IMG/VR virus record: IMGVR_UViG_3300043411_000942
Span: 124,001 to 188,000 of that record
DNA: 64,000 nucleotides
Direction: 5' to 3' (one strand)
Every line of letters begins with the position of its first letter. Position 1 is the stretch's first letter. Positions 16,839 to 24,354 of the stretch are shown here, one piece after another. A program made the position numbers and the translations under genes. The notes below the pieces were generated by a model. It saw nothing but the letters and a program-made list of their open reading frames with translations. It searched no databases and had not been told where the DNA came from.

Positions 16839-16967
16839 AGAGCGATCACTCTGGGATGTTTACACGCTAAAATTGCTCAACTGGTAGAGCAGCCGCCTCA
16901 TAAGCAGCATGTTGCTGGTTCAAGTCCAGCTTTCAGCATCAAAACAACATCCAATCTCGATCGCTCT
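16839..16967 (+). ncRNA. RNA #5: whole tRNA(CAT) cloverleaf (16866-16938) nested in motif stem
   Basis: AGAGCGATC/GATCGCTCT and GGATGTT/AACATCC flank the cloverleaf. Confidence 0.75.
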
Positions 16968-16975
16968 TACTACTT

Positions 16976-17060
16976 GGAATGGAAACCTATCGGGGATAGG
17001 CTTGGTTTTGAAAACCAAAGGAGCGAGAAATCGCCTGGGGGTCGGGACCTCTTCATTCCT
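16976..17060 (+). tRNA. tRNA-Ser(TGA), 8/4 fold
   Basis: GGAATGGA/TTCATTCC, T stem GGGG/CCTC, long variable arm. Confidence 0.82.
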
Positions 17061-17065
17061 CTCTT

Positions 17066-17148
17066 GCGTGGGTGGCGAAATGGCAGACGCAGTAGATTCA
17101 AAATCTACCACCCTTAGAAGTGTACGGGTTCAAGTCCCGTCCCACGCA
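17066..17148 (+). tRNA. tRNA-Leu(CAA)
   Basis: GTAGA-TTCAAAA-TCTAC. Confidence 0.92.
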
Positions 17149-17161
17149 CCGAGGTGACTTC

Positions 17162-17410
17162 ATGGAGCCTGTAAAGAAGGTACACGGTATCGGGTACGCC
17201 TCTCAACCTGATCATCAATTCCGATGCGACGGTAAATGGGGACAGCCTGCATGGGCTGGAGCTAATCAGAGCATGGGGTCGGATGGTCGTATCCGAGATG
17301 GCTCAGGGGAGCCTCTCACTCCAGAGCGTGTGTATCTATCAGATGAAGACGACCGACTCTTCTCGTTTGATGAGTCCCTCGTCACATGTGAAGCTTGTCT
17401 CGGTAAGTAG
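17162..17410 (+). CDS. hypothetical protein
   Basis: GAGGT RBS, ATG 17162, C-terminal VTCEAC. Confidence 0.6.
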   Translation: MEPVKKVHGIGYASQPDHQFRCDGKWGQPAWAGANQSMGSDGRIRDGSGEPLTPERVYLSDEDDRLFSFDESLVTCEACLGK

Positions 17411-17433
17411 GGTAGGGTTTGATTGTGTGTAAT

Positions 17434-17514
17434 GCGAACGTGGTGGAATGGCAGACACGCCAGACTAAGGATCTGGTGCCGTAAGGTGTGAGAGTTCAAG
17501 TCTCTCCGTTCGCA
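17434..17514 (+). tRNA. tRNA-Leu(AAG)
   Basis: GCGAACG/CGTTCGC-A, CCAGA-CTAAGGA-TCTGG, long variable arm. Confidence 0.92.
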
Positions 17515-17526
17515 CTAGGTGTTTCA

Positions 17527-17712
17527 ATGAAGCTGATAGCTGCTATGGTTTTGAGTGACGAAGGAAAACTGCTTCCGTATACGTGCCAGAGTTCCATGTC
17601 TGCTTGCGAAGAGGAAGCAGCTGTAACTCTTCCTTGGTACAGGATGAAAGCACTCGGGGCTAAGGTGGTTCAAGTCGAAATCCGCACCTTAGATTCGCCA
17701 GAAACCGAATAA
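17527..17712 (+). CDS. hypothetical protein
   Basis: AGGT RBS, ATG 17527. Confidence 0.55.
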   Translation: MKLIAAMVLSDEGKLLPYTCQSSMSACEEEAAVTLPWYRMKALGAKVVQVEIRTLDSPETE

Positions 17713-17714
17713 TT

Positions 17715-17801
17715 GGGTTGGTAATCCGTTAGGAACGGAGCCAGTTTCGAAAACTGTGCAGGTCCCGAAAGGGGTCAGGGGTTCGAGTCCTCACCTTCCC
17801 G
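17715..17801 (+). tRNA. tRNA-Ser(CGA), 8/4 fold
   Basis: CAGT-TTCGAAA-ACTG, long variable arm, G73. Confidence 0.8.
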
Positions 17802-17882
17802 CTGGTTGTCCGAGAACCTCATCTCGGAATTAGGTTCCGCCAGTAAGCCTAGAGGGATAAGATCCTTGAAACCTGGCCTCTT

Positions 17883-17967
17883 GGAAGGTGAATCGATCAG
17901 GGATCGGCGCGACTTGGAAAGTCGTTGGGGCTCGAAAGGGTCTGGAGGTCGGGACTTCCTCCTTCCG
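17883..17967 (+). tRNA. tRNA-Ser(GGA), 8/4 fold
   Basis: GCGAC-TTGGAAA-GTCGT, G73. Confidence 0.82.
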
Positions 17968-18595
17968 CTTTAGGTTTTACGCGCCTATCAGGCCTTCCTC
18001 GGCCTTTGTTCAGTGCCCCATAGGTCGGAGTCAGTGAGTGGCAATTAGGGCATAGGAGGCGTAAGTTCTGTTCCGAACTATTGCTCCAATCCCCGTCTAT
18101 GTGGTCAACATGTAGAGGCACCTTTTTGGTGGTTGGGTTTACCCGCGACCAGTTACACTCAGAGCACTTTGAGCTATACTTCTCGAAAAGGTAATGGCGT
18201 ACTCGATACGAGACTGAGGCCCCCTTTATACCCCCTGAGACACTACCGTTCCTCCAGAGCACAATAAATTCTCTGTACTTACCCTCCCAATGGGCGGGTA
18301 CACACTTTTTGGAGCAGTATTGCCGGTCCTCTTTGAAGTGGGTCCTACAAGTAGGGCACTCCTTCTCTTTAGCTCTACCTTTCCCTTGGTCCTTGACTCC
18401 GCCCTTAGGCTTTAGTTGTCGACATACCTCGCAGTATGTCCAGTAAGACCGAATGGGTGCGCTACATACCTTGCACTTGTTCTTGAGCTTTATTTTCGGG
18501 CTTATTGAGTTGTTGTGGCTGTTGGCACAGCTTCTAGAGCAGAACTTGAGGTTACTCGAAAGTGAACCACATACGGGACATACTATTTGACTCAT
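17897..18595 (-). CDS. HNH homing endonuclease
   Basis: Cys-rich N-terminus; LHVDHIDGDWSNSSEQNLRLLCPNCHSLT; 3' end antisense to tRNA-Ser(GGA). Confidence 0.88.
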   Translation of the reverse strand: MSQIVCPVCGSLSSNLKFCSRSCANSHNNSISPKIKLKNKCKVCSAPIRSYWTYCEVCRQLKPKGGVKDQGKGRAKEKECPTCRTHFKEDRQYCSKKCVPAHWEGKYREFIVLWRNGSVSGGIKGASVSYRVRHYLFEKYSSKCSECNWSRVNPTTKKVPLHVDHIDGDWSNSSEQNLRLLCPNCHSLTPTYGALNKGRGRPDRRVKPKAEGGSPDLQTLSSPNDFPSRADP

Positions 18596-18659
18596 TGCCT
18601 ATCGTGCGGTATAAGTTGAATCTCCAACTCCGCATCGCAGTAGGTGTAAATTCTTGCTT

Positions 18660-18742
18660 GGGGAGAAAATCGGGCAGGGCCCGGACTTGCATGCTAGGCA
18701 AAGTGGCGGTAACACGCTGGGGATCAAGACCTCTTCTCTCCG
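18660..18742 (+). tRNA. tRNA-Ser(GCT), 8/4 fold
   Basis: GGGGAGAA/TTCTCTCC, TTGC-ATGCTAG-GCAA. Confidence 0.78.
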
Positions 18743-18776
18743 CTAGTGGTTGTGTTAGTTACGCTAGAGGAAGTCC

Positions 18777-18944
18777 ATGAAGTCTTTTCTACGTAAGCGA
18801 GATCTGCTCGGTCAAGTTATGAGTGCTCACATCAGGCTCTCTAGGGCCATTGAGCTAGAGGTACGTCGTCGAACACCCGTCCAGCAGATCTCCGATGAGA
18901 TGCTTGCCCAGTTTGAGGTCAACCGACAAAACGAGATTAAGTAG
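18777..18944 (+). CDS. small hypothetical protein (55 aa)
   Basis: GAGGA RBS, MKSFLRKRDLL... Confidence 0.5.
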   Translation: MKSFLRKRDLLGQVMSAHIRLSRAIELEVRRRTPVQQISDEMLAQFEVNRQNEIK

Positions 18945-18969
18945 TGGGGAATAGTGGTTGGTGTTCTCT

Positions 18970-19052
18970 GGTAGATGAATCAGTCGGGGACTGAACCGGT
19001 TTACTAAACCGAGGGACGGTAATACGTTGGGGTTCGAGCCCTCCATCTACCT
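18970..19052 (+). tRNA. tRNA-Ser(ACT), 8/4 fold
   Basis: GGTAGATG/CATCTACC, CGGT-TTACTAA-ACCG, long variable arm. Confidence 0.8.
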
Positions 19053-19062
19053 CTTGTGTTAT

Positions 19063-19138
19063 GGTGAGTGTACTCGTTTGGTAACGAGGGTTGTCTGTGA
19101 AACAACGGAAGCGGGTCCGATTCCCGTCACTCACCCCA
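19063..19138 (+). tRNA. tRNA-His(GTG)
   Basis: G-1:C73, GTTGT-CTGTGAA-ACAAC, CCA. Confidence 0.9.
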
Positions 19139-19139
19139 T

Positions 19140-19212
19140 GCCCTTGTAGCCTAGTGGATCAGGCGACACTTTCCTAAAGTGTTTTACGTAGGTTCGAATC
19201 CTACCAAGGGTG
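19140..19212 (+). tRNA. tRNA-Arg(CCT)
   Basis: ACACT-TTCCTAA-AGTGT. Confidence 0.92.
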
Positions 19213-19238
19213 CTAAGTTAGCGGTGTAGTAACAGGCA

Positions 19239-19553
19239 ATGCTGTCTAATCCTGAAGAGCCTATCCCTGAAGAACCTAGTCGAGATGAGCCGGGGTCTCA
19301 GCTCCCCCTCACCAGAAGTGAGTGTCTACCCGATGGGTCCAACAGCAGTAGGCCCTGTGGGTACGTCAAATGTAGGCACCACTTGAACAACTCGAAGCAC
19401 TCCTGCTCCCTAGATCTAGCTGAGCTTGGAGGAATGACCTTAGACGAGGTAGGGCAGGTGATGGGGGTAACCCGAGAGCGTGTCCGTCAGATGGAGGTTG
19501 CTGCCCTTCGTAAGTTTAGGCTTCGGGTAAATTGGGACCCCTCCGATTTTTAG
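19239..19553 (+). CDS. sigma-70 region 4 HTH protein with Cys cluster
   Basis: RPCGYVKCRHHL...CSLDLAELGGMTLDEVGQVMGVTRERVRQME. Confidence 0.85.
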   Translation: MLSNPEEPIPEEPSRDEPGSQLPLTRSECLPDGSNSSRPCGYVKCRHHLNNSKHSCSLDLAELGGMTLDEVGQVMGVTRERVRQMEVAALRKFRLRVNWDPSDF

Positions 19554-19613
19554 TTAAGCCTCTCGGTTGGGTTTTCGTAGGTTCAAGTGTAGGGCGTAGA
19601 GTTCCTACATTAT

Positions 19614-19685
19614 TCGGGTATCGTCCAACGGTTAAGACGGTTGACTTTGAATCAATAGATCGTGGTTCGATTCCACGTACCCGGA
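19614..19685 (+). tRNA. tRNA-Gln(TTG)
   Basis: GTTGA-CTTTGAA-TCAAT. Confidence 0.9.
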
Positions 19686-19689
19686 CTAT

Positions 19690-19793
19690 GGGCACTTAGC
19701 TCAGATTCTCATATACGGTGGCGCCGCTTGTATGTGGGTGGTAGAGCGAGGGGCGAAACCCCTAGGTCACTGGTTCGACCCCAGTAGTGTCCA
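19690..19793 (+). ncRNA. tRNA-like RNA with hairpin inserted in D loop and 5-nt anticodon loop
   Basis: GGGCACT/AGTGTCC; GCTC-AG-[~34 nt hairpin]-TGGTA-GAGC; AGGGG-CGAAA-CCCCT. Confidence 0.72.
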
Positions 19794-19807
19794 CAACAGA
19801 TACGTAA

Positions 19808-19878
19808 GCCCCTAAAGCATTATGGCGATGCACCGCACTTGTAATGCGGAGATGAGAGTTCGATTCTCTCTTGGGGCT
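19808..19878 (+). tRNA. tRNA-Thr(TGT)
   Basis: CCGCA-CTTGTAA-TGCGG. Confidence 0.9.
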
Positions 19879-19897
19879 CTAGGTTACGGAGGTTCGC

Positions 19898-20062
19898 ATG
19901 ACTAAGAAGAAGATTCAACCCAAGGCAACCCCGGAACCGCTTGATGTGTCTATGGGGTGTCATTCAGCCACTCGGTGTGACCACTGCGGTCACGGAAAAC
20001 ACACGGTGGGTCGTTGTCCAGATGAGACCATGAACGGGTACTCGTGTCGGTGTAAGTTGTAA
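19898..20062 (+). CDS. small Cys/His-rich protein (54 aa)
   Basis: GGAGG RBS; CDHCGHGKH...C...CRC. Confidence 0.55.
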   Translation: MTKKKIQPKATPEPLDVSMGCHSATRCDHCGHGKHTVGRCPDETMNGYSCRCKL

Positions 20063-20067
20063 GACTT

Positions 20068-20138
20068 GCGGACGTAGCTCTAAGGCAGAGCAGAGGGTTT
20101 CCAACCCTAGGGAACGAGTTCGATTCTCGTCGTCCGCT
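20068..20138 (+). tRNA. tRNA-Gly(TCC)
   Basis: GCGGACG/CGTCCGC-T, TT-TCC-AA. Confidence 0.9.
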
Positions 20139-20162
20139 CTGGTGTATTCAACACATGGAGAG

Positions 20163-20918
20163 ATGAAAATGAAGCTGAATCAGATTATCGCGGTTGAGAA
20201 GGGTGTTCGTGGTCGAGGAGTGGAGCGACTCACTGGAGTGTACAAGACCCTCCAGCGACAGGACGTTTTTACTGGTCTTCAACGTCGGTATACTCCGATG
20301 AACGATGACGTGGCAACTCCTCAAGGGGAGATGCTCCCTCCGGAAACCAAGAACATCCAGGAGGATGTTCACCTGCTTCTTCAGCAAGTGGCTGAGGCGT
20401 CGAGTGAGATCATCGACGTTACCTGGCAGCGGGACTTGACGAATTGTGTCGCAAAGGCGGATGTGGTTGTGGATGGAAACGTCCTGATCAAGGGAGCCCC
20501 TGTTCCGTTTCTCCTGTCCCTTGAGAAGTACCTCAATGACATTCACAGCGAGGTGAAGAAGATTCCCACGCTGGATGCTAGTGAGAAGTGGACGTTTGAC
20601 TCGCAGCAAGGCTGCTGGGTGTCTGAGGTTACGGAGACGACCCGTACCAAGAAGGTTACGAACGTCCTGGTCCTTCATCCTGCCACGAAGGAGCATCCTG
20701 CTCAAGTGAAGGAAGTCTCGGATGATGTTCGGGTTGGCACTTGGCGTACAACGAAGCAGGCGAAGTCTGTTCCGGTTACCGTGAAGGCTGCCTACCTCTC
20801 CCGAGTGGAGACCCTCCAGAAGGCTGTAAAGTTTGCTCGTGAAGAAGCAAACCAGACGAACGTCGTGGAGGACAATGGGCCAGGAAAGGCGCTTTTCGAG
20901 TACCTCTTCCCCACCTGA
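20163..20918 (+). CDS. conserved uncharacterised helical protein (DUF7873-like from memory)
   Basis: MKLNQIIAVEKG...LPPE...KADVVVDG...VPFLLSLEK...ATKEHPAQV...AVKFAREEAN...YLF. Confidence 0.75.
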   Translation: MKMKLNQIIAVEKGVRGRGVERLTGVYKTLQRQDVFTGLQRRYTPMNDDVATPQGEMLPPETKNIQEDVHLLLQQVAEASSEIIDVTWQRDLTNCVAKADVVVDGNVLIKGAPVPFLLSLEKYLNDIHSEVKKIPTLDASEKWTFDSQQGCWVSEVTETTRTKKVTNVLVLHPATKEHPAQVKEVSDDVRVGTWRTTKQAKSVPVTVKAAYLSRVETLQKAVKFAREEANQTNVVEDNGPGKALFEYLFPT

Positions 20919-20919
20919 A

Positions 20920-21388
20920 AGTTTTGCTTGACCTAGGTTTCGGCCTGAGTTAAGCTGAAAAGTGAGCACTAAGCTCAAGTTGAAGCTGAAGATAACTGGT
21001 TGAGTTTTTCGCCGCAAGGTTTGTAGGTTCGAGTCCTACCCCTCCAACCAAGATTCCGAGTACCCACAGGGTGGTTCGGGGTTTTGGTTGGAGGGTGGTG
21101 AAACGGTAAACACAAACGACTCAATCAACACGAGAATTAAGCTATCGCTCAAATCTCGTAAGACATGCAGAGACTCCAATCGAACGGGACCTAAGTAATT
21201 CTCATCATGCGAGTTCAAATCTCGCCCGAGCCGCTACTCACGTAAAGTGAGTCTTTCAATCAAGGCTCGGTGGACTAACGGTAAGTCGTTGAGGCGTCAA
21301 GATAACTAGGGACCTTAAAAGTCTGTGGAGACTCAAAATAAGCATAACAACGTAGGGGAGCCAATCTAGGCTAGTGTTGGTTCCCCGC
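20920..21388 (+). ncRNA. large structured RNA with two circularly permuted tRNA modules
   Basis: Modules 20998-21126 and 21200-21294 run T arm, closed acceptor, D arm; AAGCTG-type hexamer runs; terminal hairpin GGGGAGCCAA/TTGGTTCCCC. Confidence 0.75.
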
Positions 21389-21392
21389 TTAT

Positions 21393-21464
<72 letters not shown>

Positions 21465-21466
21465 CA

Positions 21467-22084
21467 ATGAAGTCCAGGTACAGCTTAGCAGGAAAGTTAG
21501 GGGCAGTAGAGTCTGCCAAAACAGCTTCGCTTCGGAAGCAGCAGCGTACTCAAGCCTACGACTTAGAGCCTAAGTTCTGTAAGTACTGTAAACTTCCTAT
21601 TGCTTACGAGCAAAGACGAAATGACTTCTGCGGTCATTCCTGTGCAGCTAGTGTCACTAACAAGGGGGTGAAGAGGTCCAAGCTAAAGCCACCACCTTGT
21701 AGGTTATGCTGTGCCACCTTGAAAAGGAACGCAGCAAAGTTCTGCTCTCACACTTGTCAACAAAAATTTACATACGATGCGTTCGTTATTGCTTGGAAGG
21801 CTGGGGTTGAGGTTGGTGGATCTTGGTCGCATGTCTCTAGGTATGTTCGCAAGTGGTTGATTGAGGAGTTCGGGGAAAAGTGCTCTAAGTGTGGTTGGAG
21901 TGAGCGACATACCGTAACTCAAAGAGTTCCCGTTCAGGTGGACCACATCGACGGAGACCCTAACAATCACAGACCGGAGAATCTTCGGCTGCTTTGCCCT
22001 AACTGCCACAGTCTTACAGCGACCTATGGAGGGTTGAATCGAGGTAGAGGTCGAAAAGAGAGGTACCTCAGCGATTCAGGTTAA
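21467..22084 (+). CDS. HNH homing endonuclease
   Basis: VQVDHIDGDPNNHRPENLRLLCPNCHSLT; ATG immediately after tRNA-Thr. Confidence 0.88.
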   Translation: MKSRYSLAGKLGAVESAKTASLRKQQRTQAYDLEPKFCKYCKLPIAYEQRRNDFCGHSCAASVTNKGVKRSKLKPPPCRLCCATLKRNAAKFCSHTCQQKFTYDAFVIAWKAGVEVGGSWSHVSRYVRKWLIEEFGEKCSKCGWSERHTVTQRVPVQVDHIDGDPNNHRPENLRLLCPNCHSLTATYGGLNRGRGRKERYLSDSG

Positions 22085-22117
22085 GGTTCCCACCTCCCGC
22101 TTCGTAGGGTAGGTTAA

Positions 22118-22259
22118 GCAGGAAGGACCTGCAAAAGTTTAAGCGCCGAGTTAGGCGTAGGTCTTCTCGACTCACACTTCGGTGAGTTGTGAAGTGGTGG
22201 AGGGTGGCCGGGAACGGTCGCCCCTACGGGGCTCAGGTAGACCCTGAGCCCCAATTTTT
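22118..22259 (+). ncRNA. small structured RNA with own promoter motif and terminal hairpin
   Basis: Follows motif 22080-22106; four hairpins, last GGGGCTCAGG/CCTGAGCCCC-AATTTTT. Confidence 0.45.
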
Positions 22260-22274
22260 CTCCTTGAGGTAGTT

Positions 22275-22550
22275 GTGTGGATTCGATTCTGGTACAAGGT
22301 AAACTGCTCCTCAGGGTCTACCTCAGTAGAGGCAGATTACGCATGGTACGCCACTCGACCTTCGGAGGAGATCTTGGAGGATACCGCAGAGGAGAACGTC
22401 CCCTCCTGGTGTAGAGAGTCTGAGCGTGGTTACCAGTACGGGTACGATGACGTTGAGGTTCTACTTGACCTAGATAGAGCTAGGCTTGTTGCCAGGTATA
22501 CGAGGCAAAAGGCTTACGCGGAAGAGATGCTACGAGTCCTGGGACAATAG
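22275..22550 (+). CDS. hypothetical protein
   Basis: GAGGT RBS, 91 aa. Confidence 0.6.
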   Translation: MWIRFWYKVNCSSGSTSVEADYAWYATRPSEEILEDTAEENVPSWCRESERGYQYGYDDVEVLLDLDRARLVARYTRQKAYAEEMLRVLGQ

Positions 22551-22614
22551 ATCAATTGGTTAGATCCCCCGGCTCATAACCGGGCTCGTTTCGGTTCGAA
22601 TCCGAATTGTCCTA
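22541..22614 (+). tRNA. tRNA-Met/Ile2(CAT)
   Basis: CCCGG-CTCATAA-CCGGG. Confidence 0.9.
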
Positions 22615-22633
22615 CTAGATAGTGTGAAGACTT

Positions 22634-22705
22634 GCGGGTGTAACTCAGTGGTAGAGTTCTTGCTTGCCAAGCAAGTTGTCGAGGGTTCGAATCCCTTCGC
22701 CCGCT
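22634..22705 (+). tRNA. tRNA-Gly(GCC)
   Basis: canonical. Confidence 0.95.
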
Positions 22706-22794
22706 CTAGTGTATCGACCATGCACTATAACATGAGTATAGGTTGGCAGTGTAACCTACATGTGAACCGAATCTAGATCGGAAAACTGCCCAAT

Positions 22795-22866
22795 GCGGGT
22801 GTAACTCAGTGGTAGAGTGCTGCCTTCCCAAGGCAGTTGTCGAGGGTTCGACCCCCTTCGCCCGCT
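22795..22866 (+). tRNA. tRNA-Gly(CCC)
   Basis: canonical, near-copy of 22634. Confidence 0.95.
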
Positions 22867-22869
22867 CGA

Positions 22870-23079
22870 ATGAAACAGGAACACACGAAGGCACCGGACC
22901 CTCAACGGTACGAAAAGTTTAAGGCCAGACTCGATTGGTGGTTCATCCTTTCGAGGCATGCTTCAATCATCATCGTGGTGCTAGGTACTCTGTACCTAGC
23001 TCACGCTTTGGCCGATGGCCGTCTGGAAGTGTTTAGACTTACGAAGGAAAATCAACAATTACGTGAAAAGTGTCACTGA
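22870..23079 (+). CDS. small membrane protein
   Basis: hydrophobic IIIVVLGTLYLAHAL. Confidence 0.5.
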   Translation: MKQEHTKAPDPQRYEKFKARLDWWFILSRHASIIIVVLGTLYLAHALADGRLEVFRLTKENQQLREKCH

Positions 23080-23084
23080 TACCT

Positions 23085-23156
23085 GTCGAGATGGCTGAAT
23101 GGTAAAGCGTGGAGCTGCAACCTCCATTTTCATCGGTTCGATTCCGATTCTCGACT
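23085..23156 (+). tRNA. tRNA-Cys(GCA)
   Basis: TGGAG-CTGCAAC-CTCCA, U73. Confidence 0.92.
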
Positions 23157-23162
23157 CTCTTT

Positions 23163-23236
23163 GCCCTTGTGGTCTAACGGATTAAGGCACGACACTTCTA
23201 ATGTCGAAGATGGGAGTTCGATTCTCTCCAAGGGTG
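23163..23236 (+). tRNA. tRNA-Arg(TCT)
   Basis: CGACA-CTTCTAA-TGTCG. Confidence 0.92.
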
Positions 23237-23260
23237 CTATAGTGCAGTGCGGGTGTATTT

Positions 23261-23333
23261 ACCCTTGTAGCTCAACAGACAGAGCAGGTGGCTTCGAACC
23301 ACAAGGTTGTAGGTGCAATTCCTACCAAGGGTA
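23261..23333 (+). tRNA. tRNA-Arg(TCG)
   Basis: ACCCTTG/CAAGGGT, CT-TCG-AA. Confidence 0.87.
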
Positions 23334-23364
23334 CTAAGGTTCTACTTGTCAACGGACGGTTAGT

Positions 23365-23766
23365 ATGGCCTACTCCTATGACCGTCGTGTTGCTGCTGGT
23401 CGTGTGACCTTCAAACCGTTTAGTCGAATAGACCCCAACGGTGGTATGGGCTCATCTAAGGTCCTACTGGATGGCGTTGTTGTGGCTTACATCGAACGCG
23501 ATGTGGTTATGGAGTCTGTTGGAGTGATGCAGAAGAAGTACACGGTTAGAGCGTACGTTCCTACCTTGCAGGGGCCAATAGGTTACTTACCAGGGTCAGA
23601 TCTGTTCGAGGATAAAGAGTACCCAGACCTCTCGGAAGTGAAGCGACTCCTTACTGCGTTCCTCAGTAAGATTCCTGAGGTGGTCCCAGAGATCTACACC
23701 CTCTACTGGGCCAAGAAGATTAACTCCACTGAGTGGAAAGACCGTGTCCTGGATGCCTGTAAATGA
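23365..23766 (+). CDS. hypothetical protein (N-terminal AYSYDRR)
   Basis: 133 aa ORF after late-type motif. Confidence 0.7.
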   Translation: MAYSYDRRVAAGRVTFKPFSRIDPNGGMGSSKVLLDGVVVAYIERDVVMESVGVMQKKYTVRAYVPTLQGPIGYLPGSDLFEDKEYPDLSEVKRLLTAFLSKIPEVVPEIYTLYWAKKINSTEWKDRVLDACK

Positions 23767-24278
23767 CCACTAAGCCCTTTGACCCGAAGTTGGACCCGAA
23801 GGTTACTCTAGCCCAAGCTCAAGAGATTCTCCGAGAGCATGCCATGAAGGGGAAGGGTGCGGTCTGCCCTTGTTGTCGGCAAGTTGTGCAGATCGACAGG
23901 AAGTCCATTACATCCTCGATGGCGTACGCTCTCATGGTTCTCTTTCGAGAGAAGACCTTGGAGTGGGTAAGCGTAGCGAAGTACCTGGGTGACATGCAAA
24001 AGTTAGGCTCTCTGAGTAAGGGGGGCGACTGGGCTAGGCTTTGCTACTGGGGCCTCCTCAAGGAGCAAGAAGGTAAGTCTGCTAAAAAAGGCTACTACCA
24101 GCTGACTGAAAAGGGTAAGCTCTTTGCGAGTGGTCAGGTAAAGGTACCTAAAACAGCTCTCTTCTATGACGGGCGCTTGCTAGGCTTCGCCCCAGGAGAC
24201 ACCTCTATCCAAGAGTGCCTTGGGGATCTTGACCACGCGAGCTTACTGGAAGGTAAGTTCTTGCAATTTGCGGTGTGA
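23763..24278 (+). CDS. hypothetical protein, possible winged helix
   Basis: CPCC, then WGLL...GYYQLTEKG. Confidence 0.7.
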   Translation: MTTKPFDPKLDPKVTLAQAQEILREHAMKGKGAVCPCCRQVVQIDRKSITSSMAYALMVLFREKTLEWVSVAKYLGDMQKLGSLSKGGDWARLCYWGLLKEQEGKSAKKGYYQLTEKGKLFASGQVKVPKTALFYDGRLLGFAPGDTSIQECLGDLDHASLLEGKFLQFAV

Positions 24279-24354
24279 CTTTTTTCGAGGGTGTTTGTCG
24301 ATTGTGGTTGAAGAAGTTCCAGCTACTACGTACTAGTAGTAGAGGTGAATTTTT

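Noticed and set aside
20148-21017. 289-aa minus-strand ORF
   Set aside because: Antisense shadow of the conserved + strand gene.
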